From: Chitinophagia bacterium
GTDB lineage: Bacteria > Bacteroidota > Bacteroidia > Chitinophagales > Chitinophagaceae
DNA: 29,669 nt
Reading direction: 5' to 3'
Assembly: GCA_010021705.1 (NCBI GenBank)
Contig: RGMU01000001.1
Span: 1 to 29,669, forward strand
The notes under the pieces: model-generated
Seen by the model: the letters and a program-made list of their open reading frames with translations, nothing else
Database searches by the model: none
Told to the model about the DNA's origin: nothing
Program-made: the position numbers and the translations under genes
Shown here: piece by piece, positions 17,255 through 27,559 of the stretch
Position numbering within the stretch: position 1 is the stretch's first letter
Layout: each line of letters begins with the position of its first letter

Positions 17255-19327
17255 TTATTTTACCACTACTATTTTTTCTGTTTTTACTTGTGCTCCGTTT
17301 AGCCATACTGTAACAAAGTAAAGCCCTTGCGGCAGGTCTACTAATGGTAGGGTAAGCGAATGTGTATTGCCGGCTATGGTGCCGCTATACATCTGCCCCG
17401 GAAGTGGCTTGCCGGCAAGGTCAGTGAGTTGAACTTTATAGCTTGCCGGTTGGCTGATGTTAAAGTCTATGTTCGCTTTGTCGGTAGCGGGGTTGGGGTA
17501 TAGGCTAAGTTGCTGTGTTCCGTTAGGAGTTGTAATGGTAGCAGGAGGTGGTGTAGTGAATAGATTAACTGCGCTACTGTCTGAATAGTTAGGACCGGGG
17601 CACACGGTTTGTATTTTATATTCATAATGCGTGTTTGGCGTTAGGCTTGTTATGGTATATGGGCTGGTAGCAGCGGTGGCACTGCCCCATGTAGTGCCAC
17701 CCACCGGGCGGTAAAATACATTGTAGGTAGAGCCGGCAACGGCTGTCCATGAAACGCGGGCAGTGGTGGACGTAACGCTAACCGATGCAATGCTAACGGG
17801 TACGGGGCAAGGCGTAGTTAATGAGTCGTGAATTTCGGCTATCCACGTTTCGCAAACGTGCCCTGAATTGGGATACATGCCGTTCATCCATATAGAAGGC
17901 GTGGTGCTGTTGTGCTTGCGGGCAGTACCGGTATATAAGCCCCAAGCGGCACTGCCCGATGTGCCGGCAATGTAGGTGGTAGAGCTTTTGACTAAGGTGG
18001 TGCTACTCCAGTTCAACGCAGAGTCGCAGTTAATAACCCGTACATCAGGGTAGGAAGAGGCACTGCTACTCACGCAGCCTATCATCACCGTGGGGTCTGT
18101 AAGCGATGTGGCATAAGATACCACTGATGGGTAAGCATAGCTAATGCCGGTGGTGGTAAACAAGCGAAAGCTATCGGCATTGGTCATGGTGTTTACGCGG
18201 TGGTAGCGAATACCGGCTAAGCCTGAACCGGCATCGGCAGTAAAAACAAAGTGAATTTTACCGGCTAAGAAAAAGGCAGATTGTGCGCGGCAGTCGCTCA
18301 CGTCAAGTGCATCTGACGAGCCTTGCTGCGGTGCGGGAGAGGCTCGGTTGTAGGCGGTAGTATAAATGGTGGTGGAGGTCATGGAAGGCGAGCTTGACCA
18401 GTTGCCGGTTATCTTATAAAGGTTATAAGTGTTGCCCCCGCCGTTTAGCGTGCTTATGAGGTACATACCGGTGGTGTGAGTGGACTGCCCATGCGACACG
18501 GGTAGCAGGTATTGTGGGTTGCCGTATATATAGTTGTAATAAACCGAACTGATAGACGTACCCGCATAGCCGGCACGCTTATCCATTTGATACAATAAAG
18601 GGCGGCTGAAAGAAGGGGAAGAGGTAGGCGATGAGTACATGTTGCCCGCTAAAAACATTTCGCTGTCGTTTATGGCTATGCGGGGATAGTCAAAGCCTAA
18701 ACTTGCGCTAAAAGGGTCTCCGTTAAACATATAGCAAGACCATGATGCTGTTGGCACACCGGAGCGTGAAAAAGCCACAAAGATTTTGCCCGTGTCGCTT
18801 ATAGGGTAAGATTCGCAGGCAAACACAAAGCGGTCGGCAGTAACGTCATACAGCACTTGTGGGCGAGCCATGCCGCGTGCACCATAAGGCAGCCAGCCGT
18901 TAAGCGTTGAAGAAAATGCCAGCGCACCGGTAGGACTATATATATGTATGCGCGAACTGCTAACGCTTACCACATAGCCCCCGTTGGAAACGGCAATAGA
19001 GTTGTCTTGCGTGGCACTGCCATCGTTAAGGTTGCCTTGATAATTTAAGCCTCTAATGGGGTTAACGGCTGTGGTGCGGGCTAAAATGTTTCTTACTCTT
19101 GCTGCTTGGGTAGGGTCTTCTGTTATTGTGGTGTTATTTAGATTGCTATTATGCGTTGCTGCCCAATTGGTGGCATCATAAGTGTAGCCGGTGCATGGCA
19201 CGGGGGGCAGCAACGTAGTGCTTTGCGTATTGTAATGTTGATAATAATCGGGGCAACACTGTGCCGATACGTTACCTATAAAGCAAAAAACAAGTAGCAC
19301 AATAGCTAAAAATACTTTATTTGTCAT
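17255..19327 (-). CDS. T9SS type A cargo with a propeller-like passenger domain and a fibronectin type III domain
   Basis: Signal peptide. DNSIAVS...P.VLYD..ADRF...DYPRIAI passenger. FN3 motifs ARVSW...YNVFYR...LTPNTHYEYKIQ. CTD LSLYPNPAT...LPQGLYFV...KIVV. Confidence 0.85.
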   Translation of the reverse strand: MTNKVFLAIVLLVFCFIGNVSAQCCPDYYQHYNTQSTTLLPPVPCTGYTYDATNWAATHNSNLNNTTITEDPTQAARVRNILARTTAVNPIRGLNYQGNLNDGSATQDNSIAVSNGGYVVSVSSSRIHIYSPTGALAFSSTLNGWLPYGARGMARPQVLYDVTADRFVFACESYPISDTGKIFVAFSRSGVPTASWSCYMFNGDPFSASLGFDYPRIAINDSEMFLAGNMYSSPTSSPSFSRPLLYQMDKRAGYAGTSISSVYYNYIYGNPQYLLPVSHGQSTHTTGMYLISTLNGGGNTYNLYKITGNWSSSPSMTSTTIYTTAYNRASPAPQQGSSDALDVSDCRAQSAFFLAGKIHFVFTADAGSGLAGIRYHRVNTMTNADSFRLFTTTGISYAYPSVVSYATSLTDPTVMIGCVSSSASSYPDVRVINCDSALNWSSTTLVKSSTTYIAGTSGSAAWGLYTGTARKHNSTTPSIWMNGMYPNSGHVCETWIAEIHDSLTTPCPVPVSIASVSVTSTTARVSWTAVAGSTYNVFYRPVGGTTWGSATAATSPYTITSLTPNTHYEYKIQTVCPGPNYSDSSAVNLFTTPPPATITTPNGTQQLSLYPNPATDKANIDFNISQPASYKVQLTDLAGKPLPGQMYSGTIAGNTHSLTLPLVDLPQGLYFVTVWLNGAQVKTEKIVVVK

Positions 19328-19591
19328 AAAATTACAACTTTAAGTTAATAATACATGCTATGAAAGGCTAATACAACCCAATAGAGCACTTAAAATTAAA
19401 CACAATATTTTGTATTTCCAAATATTCTTTGCAAATAGAATTATTTGACGCTCAACTGAAGATATTTTGCAGGGATAATGCCTATTACTATACGCAATTC
19501 TGTGGTCAAAAAACTAAACTATAGTTGTTTGGAAAAAAATGTATATCTTTACCCGTTTTCTTAACATTTTATACCGGAGGCATAAAAAACC

Positions 19592-21799
19592 ATGATAAAA
19601 AAGCTACTATTATTAGCAGGGCTGTTAGGGTGTGTACTACACACTTATGCCCAACAGCAATGCGGAACTGATGAAAAATATTGGCAATTATTAAAGCGCA
19701 ACCCGCAAATTGCGGAGCTTGAGCGTGAGTTTGAAGAGCAATTACAAAATGCGCTACACCACCACCCTGCTACTATCATGGGCAAAACCACAGCCGGACC
19801 GGATACCGCTTACTATGATGTGCCTATTGTTGTACATATAATACATGACTACGGTACAGAGTTTTTACCCGATAACGATATTTATGAGGCAGTAGCCTAT
19901 TGGTCAAAGGTTATGTTATGCCAACTACCTACAGATACGGTTGCGGTTATAGCCCCATTTAAGCCATATATAGGTAATCCGCGCATCAGGCTACACTTAG
20001 CCACCAAAGACCCTAACGGCAACCCTACCAAAGGCGTTACCCGCAGGCAACACTACACCACCGTAAATGCAAGTGATGACTCTAAAATGGACGATTGGCC
20101 CAACAATAAGTACATTAATATATGGTTTATCCGCAACTTTGACCCCAGTTCCAGTGCGGCGGCTTATGCTTATTATCCTTCTTCTGCAGCCGGTATGCCT
20201 TGGTATGATGGTGTGATAGGCTTGGCAAGCTATGTGAACACTGACAAAGTGATTCCGCATGAGCTTGGGCATGTGCTTAACTTGCAGCACGTATGGGGCA
20301 ATACCAACAATGCTGCAGTAGCCTGCGGAGATGACCGCGTGGACGATACCCCGCCCACTAAAGGACATACGCCGGTAGGTTGCGTAAATTCCGCTATATA
20401 TGACACAGCTTGTGCACGTGGCTATTCGCGCCGCTATACAGCTGTTGGCGGAGGCGATTCTATTGCCAACTATCCTGATACGGTAAATGCACAAAACATT
20501 ATGGATTATACCTATTGCCAAAAGATGTTTACCATAGGGCAGTGTGTTAGAATGCGTGCCGCTTTAACCAGCACTACAGCCGGTAGAAATAACCTCATTA
20601 CGGCTGCCAACGTTAGTGCAACCGGTGCCACTGCACCTTCGCCTGACCTGCCTCCGGTAGCTGAGTATTCCGTAGAAAAGGCTTCAGGTGTAGGCACAGT
20701 TACTGACCCTCGCACCCGCTTTTTAACCATGAACAACTCTTTTAGCTTCAGCTTCCGCAACCGCTCATGGAACGACACCATTAGTGCCATAAGCTGGGCT
20801 TTTTCTAACGGAGCGTCCACACCTACCTCTACTTCAACTGTTGCCGTGCTTAATAAATTTAGCATACCGGGTTGGGTTACTACCACATTAACCGCTACCT
20901 CAAATGCCGGTGCTACAACCCTTGTTGACCCGCAAAGCGTATATGTGGCAGATACTACCCCTATAGACGGGCACGGTTATTTTCAGCACTTTACCTCTGC
21001 CGGTTCAATAAGTAATTGGCCTATGATTAATTACTTTAACAATCAGTATAAATGGCAATGGTATAAGGGAGCAGGCATTGCCGATAGCACCTGTGTACGC
21101 TACCGCTCAAAAGACACTACCAACAAGCGCGTGGCAAGCCCTTATGGCGATGCAGACGACTTTTTTACGCCTGCGTTCAATTTATCGGGCATAACCGGTA
21201 ATTACTATCTAAACTTTAGCTATGCGGGTGCAAGAGTGGCGGGTAGCGGTGCCGGAGACTCACTTGAAATTCAGGTGAGCACCAGCGGTGGTGTACGCTG
21301 GACGCGCATTGCAGGGTTAAATGCAACCCAATTAGCAACCGGAGGCTATTCAACCCCTGAATTTGTGCCAACAGCCGCTCAGTGGCGAACAATGGCTATC
21401 AACATACCGGATATTTACCGCACAAGGCAAACCTTTTTCCGCTTCCACTACATGCCCGGGGAATTAGGCAATAACTTTTACATGGACAAGTTTAACTTAT
21501 ATCCTTATCCCGCATCTGTGGAAGACCATATAGCAGCTAATAGAAAAGTTACCATTTACCCTAACCCAAGCACGGCTACCGGCTGCAACCTGATATTTAA
21601 CGGTGGGAACGAGGAAAGCGCGCAAGTGCTAATAAAAGACCTTGCAGGGCGTGTTATTTACCACAACACCTATACTTGCAAGCCCCAAAGCATAAATGAA
21701 CTGAAAATAGAGCCTGACGGGCTAACGCAAGCAGGAATTTATTTTGTAACCGTATTAATAGACGGTATGCCCACTACCGAAAAGTGGATTGTTTATTAA
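19592..21799 (+). CDS. M43 (pappalysin/ulilysin-like) zinc metalloprotease with PKD-like domain and T9SS type A CTD
   Basis: Signal peptide, Cys-switch-like QCGTD, HELGHVLNLQH zinc motif, DD..DTPP, NIMDY Met-turn, and IYPNPS...GIYFV CTD. Confidence 0.92.
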   Translation: MIKKLLLLAGLLGCVLHTYAQQQCGTDEKYWQLLKRNPQIAELEREFEEQLQNALHHHPATIMGKTTAGPDTAYYDVPIVVHIIHDYGTEFLPDNDIYEAVAYWSKVMLCQLPTDTVAVIAPFKPYIGNPRIRLHLATKDPNGNPTKGVTRRQHYTTVNASDDSKMDDWPNNKYINIWFIRNFDPSSSAAAYAYYPSSAAGMPWYDGVIGLASYVNTDKVIPHELGHVLNLQHVWGNTNNAAVACGDDRVDDTPPTKGHTPVGCVNSAIYDTACARGYSRRYTAVGGGDSIANYPDTVNAQNIMDYTYCQKMFTIGQCVRMRAALTSTTAGRNNLITAANVSATGATAPSPDLPPVAEYSVEKASGVGTVTDPRTRFLTMNNSFSFSFRNRSWNDTISAISWAFSNGASTPTSTSTVAVLNKFSIPGWVTTTLTATSNAGATTLVDPQSVYVADTTPIDGHGYFQHFTSAGSISNWPMINYFNNQYKWQWYKGAGIADSTCVRYRSKDTTNKRVASPYGDADDFFTPAFNLSGITGNYYLNFSYAGARVAGSGAGDSLEIQVSTSGGVRWTRIAGLNATQLATGGYSTPEFVPTAAQWRTMAINIPDIYRTRQTFFRFHYMPGELGNNFYMDKFNLYPYPASVEDHIAANRKVTIYPNPSTATGCNLIFNGGNEESAQVLIKDLAGRVIYHNTYTCKPQSINELKIEPDGLTQAGIYFVTVLIDGMPTTEKWIVY

Positions 21800-21970
21800 T
21801 CAAAACCCATATATAAAAATATTTGCTTTACCCAAGCATTGCTTTAACCGTTACGTTTATCTTTAAGAAGCCTATAAGCTAAAACGGAAGATAAACAAGC
21901 CACAAAGCGTTTATGCTTATTTTGCTTAGTATACATTATTAACTACATACAATTTTTTTATTCATTACAA

Positions 21971-24277
21971 ATGAGAAAGCCATTATTTCTACTATCGCTT
22001 GCCCTATCCCTTGTGGTAAGCAGTGCTATGGCACAAACCATTCCGTGCTATACCGATGAGATGCATCGCGCAGCCATTAAGGAAAAACCCTATTTAGCCG
22101 ATGCCGAAAAGCGCATGAACGAGAACATTAAAAGAAGCATTGCAGCAATGGACTTTTCTTCTATGAGGCGCACTACTGCTGCCTCCGGCTGGGATACCAT
22201 ACATGTGCCGGTAGTGGTGCATATTGTGCATAGCTATGGTGGTGTAGATTACCTTACCGATAACCAAATTTATAACCTTATTAAGCGCATGAACGACAAC
22301 TACAATTTGTTTTATGATACCACGCAAATTGTACAGCCGTTTCGCAAATATTTGGTTAGGGCACGCATCTATTTCCACTTAGCTACAAAAGACCCATTGG
22401 GCAATCCAACTACCGGCATCACGCGTGATTTTTCTTACCTAACTTATGGTGGTGATGATCAAGGCAAAATTAACCAATGGTCGCCTACCAACTACTATAA
22501 TATTTGGTTTGAAAATGTGATAGGCAAAGGCAACTCTATAGGCACAATATTGGCTTATGCGCAGTTTCCGTCTTCTGACTATGATGCACCCGGCTATTCC
22601 GGCGTAATTTGTGCTGCTCCTTACATAGATGATGGTAGCACACTTGAGCATGAATCAGGGCACTACCTAAGCCTATACCACACATGGAACGACAACGGCA
22701 GACAGTGTGCTCAAACACCGTTGGAGTGTGGTAATGACGAAGTAGATGACACACCTCCTACTCCCGGTCACTTTAGCACTTGCGGAGCGGCACAGTTGCG
22801 TGATACTTTTTGCAACACTAATCACTTTAAGATATATCCCGACATCACCGGTGCAGACTCTTTAGCTGACTATCCTGACACTGCCAACACCCAAAACATG
22901 ATGGACTATAGCTCTTGCACCTATTCCAACTTTACTAAAGGGCAAGTGATAAGAATGCGCGCTACTCTTCAAAGCAGTGTTGGCTCACGCGATTCTTTAA
23001 GCACACCTTATAATCTTGCTATTACCGGTGCGCTTAACAGAAACAGAGACTTATCTCCCATTCCTGACTACTATGTTACCAATGGTGCTACCACCATGCA
23101 ATATTTTACTTGCCCAGGTACAGCTTTGCGTTTTACCAACAAAAGCTGGAGAGATACCGTAACCAAAGTAGAGTGGACTTTCAGTAACGGTGCTTCTACC
23201 CCTACTAATACCATGACCGGTACCGCCCCTAATGGCGTTAGTTATAACACTTATGTGAGCAATAGCTTTACAGACTCAGGTTGGGTAAAAGTTACCGTAA
23301 AAGCTACCGGCAACAATACAACTCCAACTACCACAGAGTTTAAAAATGTGTATGTAGCATCTCCTACTGCTACACCTGCGGCTGACCTCTTACAAGAGTT
23401 TACCGAAATTAGCGAAGCTAAAGGCAACTGGCCCTTATTTAACTATTATAACAACGACTTTAAGTGGGAATATGCCTTCAAAGGCTATTTAGACGGGCAT
23501 TGCTTGCGCTATAGAGGTTATGAGTACAGAGCACTTACGTTTGAACCATGCCCTAAAGGCACTCCTTATGGCGACTATGACGACTTCTTTACCGAACCTA
23601 TTGACCTAACCGGCTACAGTGGCGGTATTTGCTACCTTGACTTCTTCTCTTCCGGTGCTTCACGTACTAGTATATCAACCGACATTCGCGATACTTTAGA
23701 AATTTCTTACTCTAAAGACAAAGCTAAATCTTGGACAAAACTTACCAATATAGCTAAAGGCAGTTTGTGTAACAAAGGCGTATCTACCACTGCTTATGAG
23801 CCTACGTCTCCGTCTGACTGGATACCGCAATCTATTAAATTACCTGACACGCTTCGTAACAACTATGTTGTTTTCCGCTTCCGTTATAAGCCAAATGTGG
23901 TTGCACCGCCCTCAGATGCTACTAAGTATTGGAGCAAAAAAAGCACAGGTAACAACTTCTACATTGACCGTATGACATTTAGCCGCTTCCCTGCAGGTGT
24001 TAACGAGGTTGTTGCTGCTCAAAACGCCCCTGTGGTAGTAGCACCCAACCCAACACAAGGCGATGCGCTTGTGGTGCTTAAAAACGGCTTTACCGGCAAT
24101 GCAAAAATCACAGTAACCGACATTACCGGCAAAACAGTATTCACTGCATCAGCTGATATTTCTGCTGCCAATGCAAGTATAACCATTCCTCAGTCTGCTA
24201 TAGCCGTTAAAGGCATTTATATGGTGCACACTTCTACCGGTAGCTTCACCAACACCCAAAAATTGGTGGTAAACTAA
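21971..24277 (+). CDS. Second M43 zinc metalloprotease (tandem paralog) with T9SS type A CTD
   Basis: Signal peptide, PCYTD, HESGHYLSLYH, DEVDDTPP, NMMDY, and VAPNPT...GIYMV...KLVV. Confidence 0.92.
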   Translation: MRKPLFLLSLALSLVVSSAMAQTIPCYTDEMHRAAIKEKPYLADAEKRMNENIKRSIAAMDFSSMRRTTAASGWDTIHVPVVVHIVHSYGGVDYLTDNQIYNLIKRMNDNYNLFYDTTQIVQPFRKYLVRARIYFHLATKDPLGNPTTGITRDFSYLTYGGDDQGKINQWSPTNYYNIWFENVIGKGNSIGTILAYAQFPSSDYDAPGYSGVICAAPYIDDGSTLEHESGHYLSLYHTWNDNGRQCAQTPLECGNDEVDDTPPTPGHFSTCGAAQLRDTFCNTNHFKIYPDITGADSLADYPDTANTQNMMDYSSCTYSNFTKGQVIRMRATLQSSVGSRDSLSTPYNLAITGALNRNRDLSPIPDYYVTNGATTMQYFTCPGTALRFTNKSWRDTVTKVEWTFSNGASTPTNTMTGTAPNGVSYNTYVSNSFTDSGWVKVTVKATGNNTTPTTTEFKNVYVASPTATPAADLLQEFTEISEAKGNWPLFNYYNNDFKWEYAFKGYLDGHCLRYRGYEYRALTFEPCPKGTPYGDYDDFFTEPIDLTGYSGGICYLDFFSSGASRTSISTDIRDTLEISYSKDKAKSWTKLTNIAKGSLCNKGVSTTAYEPTSPSDWIPQSIKLPDTLRNNYVVFRFRYKPNVVAPPSDATKYWSKKSTGNNFYIDRMTFSRFPAGVNEVVAAQNAPVVVAPNPTQGDALVVLKNGFTGNAKITVTDITGKTVFTASADISAANASITIPQSAIAVKGIYMVHTSTGSFTNTQKLVVN

Positions 24278-24298
24278 ACTACTTAAAAAACTTAAAGG

Positions 24299-24329
24299 AA
24301 GCCCGTAACACAGCGTTGCGGGCTTTTTT
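24299..24329 (+). terminator. Intrinsic terminator after the second M43 gene
   Basis: AAGCCCGTAAC-acagc-GTTGCGGGCTT followed by TTTT. Confidence 0.85.
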
Positions 24330-24474
24330 GTTCTTGCAAAAGATAGGTTTATAGTAGGATAATAGCATAGATTAAAAATACTTTATATTATCTGTTTAAA
24401 AATCGCACAACTTTTGCTTCAAAATACCGTTATACACGAAATAGAAAATATATTTGTGCGAAAATTGTTTTGCG

Positions 24475-25611
24475 ATGACTAACCTGCAAATGGTTGACCT
24501 AAAAACCCAATACTTACATATTAAACCTGAAATAGATGCAGCCATTGAGCGCGTGCTGGATAGTGCGCAGTTTATAGGTGGTAGCGAGGTAGCTACATTT
24601 GCAATGGAGCTTGGTCAATATATGGAGTGCAAGCATGTAATTCCTTGCGCCAATGGCACTGATGCCCTGCAAATAGCCCTAATGGCATTAGGCTTGCAAC
24701 CCGGAGACGAGGTAATAGTGCCTTCGTTTACCTATATGGCTACTGCCGAAGTGATAGCTTTGCTGCGCCTTACTCCGGTGTTTATAGACGTATATCCGCA
24801 TACCTACACGCTTAGCATAGAAGCCGTAAAGGTAGCCATTACACCGCGCACCAAAGCCATTATAGCTGTGCACCTTTATGGACAAAGTGCCGATATGGAG
24901 CCTTTGCTAAACCTTGCCAATGAAGCCGGCATACCGGTAATAGAAGATAATGCCCAAGCCATAGGCGGAACATACACCTTCGCTGACGGAACGGTAGCCA
25001 AAACCGGCACTATGGGCACAATAGGCACTACTTCGTTTTTTCCGTCTAAAAACTTAGGCGGCTACGGCGATGGCGGTGCTTTGTTTACCAACGATGATAG
25101 CCTTGCCGAAAAGCTAAAAATGATAGCAAATCATGGGCAAAGAAGCCGCTACTTGCATGAAATAGTGGGCTGTAACAGCCGATTAGATGCCATACAAGCA
25201 GCCATATTGCGGGTAAAACTGCAAAAGTTAGAGCAATATAACCAAGCCCGCCGAAAAGCGGCTTATCTATACAACATATTGTTGGTTGGGCATCCGGACA
25301 TTACCGTACCGCATGAAGCTGTCAACCGCCGCCATGTGTATCATCAATATACCCTGCAAATAGGCAACTATAAAGACCGCAATGAGGTGCAAAGGCTATT
25401 GGCAGAGCGGGGCATACCTACTATGATATATTACCCCATTCCGTGCCACAAGCAGCCCATGCTTTCGCCTTATAATGTGGCAGATACCCCGCTACCTGTT
25501 ACCGATTTTCTACAGCATAACGTACTTTCGCTGCCCATACATACCGAGCTTAACGAGGCTATTCAAAACCACATTGTTACCCAACTTAAAGAAGTTTTAG
25601 CAACACTATAA
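24475..25611 (+). CDS. DegT/DnrJ/EryC1/StrS PLP-dependent nucleotide-sugar aminotransferase
   Basis: Motifs NGTDALQIAL, GDEVIVPSFTY, VHLYGQ, IEDNAQA, SFFPSKNLG.YGDGG (PLP Lys) and NSRLD. ATG at 24475; TATATTTG at 24449-24456. Confidence 0.93.
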   Translation: MTNLQMVDLKTQYLHIKPEIDAAIERVLDSAQFIGGSEVATFAMELGQYMECKHVIPCANGTDALQIALMALGLQPGDEVIVPSFTYMATAEVIALLRLTPVFIDVYPHTYTLSIEAVKVAITPRTKAIIAVHLYGQSADMEPLLNLANEAGIPVIEDNAQAIGGTYTFADGTVAKTGTMGTIGTTSFFPSKNLGGYGDGGALFTNDDSLAEKLKMIANHGQRSRYLHEIVGCNSRLDAIQAAILRVKLQKLEQYNQARRKAAYLYNILLVGHPDITVPHEAVNRRHVYHQYTLQIGNYKDRNEVQRLLAERGIPTMIYYPIPCHKQPMLSPYNVADTPLPVTDFLQHNVLSLPIHTELNEAIQNHIVTQLKEVLATL

Positions 25612-25635
25612 CGCATATAATAATTATAAATAAAA

Positions 25636-26142
25636 ATGGAAATAACCAAAACGCCCATTGAAGGCTTGTTGATAATAAACCCCAAAATATTGCGCGATGA
25701 AAGGGGCTATTTTTACGAAAGCTTTAATAAAAACACCTTTTTTAATGCCACCGGCATAGAGACCAACTTTGTGCAGGACAATCAAGCCCGCTCGGTAAAA
25801 AATGTATTACGCGGGTTGCACTACCAAAATTCACCGGCTGCACAAACCAAGCTGCTGCGCGTGATAGAAGGCAGTATTTGGGACGATGGCATTGAACTAA
25901 CTGCCGACAACAAGCTACAGTTTTACATTCCTAAAGGCTTTGCACACGGCTATGCCGTTTTATCAGACACCGCAGAAGTGTTTTATAAATGTGATGACTT
26001 TTATAGCCGTGAATGCGAAGGCGGTGTTTCCTATTCAGACCCTGCCATAAACATTGACTGGAAAATAGACCTTAGCGCAGCCATAGTTTCAGAAAAAGAC
26101 CTGAAGCAGCCCTTATTGGCAAATGCCAATATCAGGTTTTAG
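25636..26142 (+). CDS. rmlC: dTDP-4-dehydrorhamnose 3,5-epimerase, with an apparent internal in-frame deletion
   Basis: DERGYFYE, VQDN, LRGLHYQ, QTKL, GFAHG, YKCD and SEKD are present. The usual VAVD(L/I)R..SPT(F/Y)G.W segment after WD is missing; 168 aa. Confidence 0.88.
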   Translation: MEITKTPIEGLLIINPKILRDERGYFYESFNKNTFFNATGIETNFVQDNQARSVKNVLRGLHYQNSPAAQTKLLRVIEGSIWDDGIELTADNKLQFYIPKGFAHGYAVLSDTAEVFYKCDDFYSRECEGGVSYSDPAINIDWKIDLSAAIVSEKDLKQPLLANANIRF

Positions 26143-26221
26143 ATAGCTTGCTTGCGTTACTAAAACGGGTTATAACCAAAAAAGTATTTACTTTGTGCTT
26201 TAGTAGATGTAAAAGGGTATA

Positions 26222-27544
26222 ATGAACAAAATAGCACTGATAATACAACGGGAATACCTGTCAAGAGTGAAAAAAAAATCATTTTTGCTGGTAACTTTTG
26301 GAGTACCGTTGCTGTTTATTGGCATGTTTGTTGTAATGATATACCTTATCATATACCAAAGCGGACTAAGCGACAAAAAAAAGGTATTGGTGGCAGATGA
26401 AAGCGGGTGGTTTGCCGGAAAATTACACGCTACAAAAACCTTAGCCTACACTTACGAATCTTCTTACACCACAGCCAAAGCAACCTTCATCAAACAAGGC
26501 TATGACTATTGCCTGCATATTCCTGCCAACTTGCAGAATATACAGCTTATTAGTGAAAAAAAGCCCAATACCATTGTACGGGGTGCCATAGAAGACGCAC
26601 TGTCTAATGTGGCGCAGGCACACCGCCTAAGCGAAGCGCACATAGACAGTGCCATTGTTGCCAATGCGCAAAAGCCCATAAAGATAGAACCCCGCCAGCT
26701 AACGGAAACCGGCGAAAAAGATGCCCATATATGGGCTGCCTATAGCGTGGGCTTAATAGGGGCTTTTATTATTTACCTTACTTTGCTATTGTATGGGGCA
26801 CAGGTGATGCGCGGCGTAATAGAAGAAAAGGTTAGCCGTATAGTGGAGGTTATTATATCATCGGTAAAGCCTATCCAGCTTATGTTGGGTAAAATAATAG
26901 GTGTGGGGTTGGTGGGGCTTACCCAGTTTGTGATATGGATAGTGCTTACCGGCACACTGCTTGCCGGAGTGGGTGTGATGGGCATTGGTACTAAAGCACC
27001 GCAAGTATCTACGGCTATTCAGGAATCGCAGTCAAAGAGCATGGCTATGTCAAACGCGGAAGCAAGCACCCTTGCCGATAGCGATATGGGGCATTTTTTA
27101 GAGTCGGTTCACTCTTTACCATTGGGACTGATAGTGGTTTGCTTTTTATTTTACTTTCTATTTGGTTATTTTTTATACAGTGCTTTGTTTGCGGCAGTAG
27201 GCTCGGCAGTGGATAGCGAAACGGAAACACAGCAGTTTATGCTGCCCATTACATTGCCGTTAGTTTTTACCATCATGCTTTCTAACTCTGTAATCATAAA
27301 CAACCCGGACAGCAACTTATCGGTATGGCTGTCTATGATACCGCTAACCTCGCCTATTGCCATGATGATACGGCTACCGTTTGGCGTGCCGGCATGGCAG
27401 CTGGCATTGTCAATGCTATTGCTGCTGTTAGGCTTTTTAGGCACGGTGTGGGTGGCGGCGCGCATCTACCGCGTGGGCATACTGATGTATGGAAAAAAGG
27501 CTAATTACAAAGAGCTAATGAAGTGGATAACCTATAAAGAATAA
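26222..27544 (+). CDS. ABC-2 type transporter permease (NatB-like)
   Basis: REYLSRVKKKSF, VMRGVIEEKVSRIVEVIISSVKP.QLMLGKIIG, YSALFAAVG, IPLTSP..M..R and IYRVGILMYGKK. Confidence 0.9.
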   Translation: MNKIALIIQREYLSRVKKKSFLLVTFGVPLLFIGMFVVMIYLIIYQSGLSDKKKVLVADESGWFAGKLHATKTLAYTYESSYTTAKATFIKQGYDYCLHIPANLQNIQLISEKKPNTIVRGAIEDALSNVAQAHRLSEAHIDSAIVANAQKPIKIEPRQLTETGEKDAHIWAAYSVGLIGAFIIYLTLLLYGAQVMRGVIEEKVSRIVEVIISSVKPIQLMLGKIIGVGLVGLTQFVIWIVLTGTLLAGVGVMGIGTKAPQVSTAIQESQSKSMAMSNAEASTLADSDMGHFLESVHSLPLGLIVVCFLFYFLFGYFLYSALFAAVGSAVDSETETQQFMLPITLPLVFTIMLSNSVIINNPDSNLSVWLSMIPLTSPIAMMIRLPFGVPAWQLALSMLLLLLGFLGTVWVAARIYRVGILMYGKKANYKELMKWITYKE

Positions 27545-27559
27545 TGCTAATAATATCCC

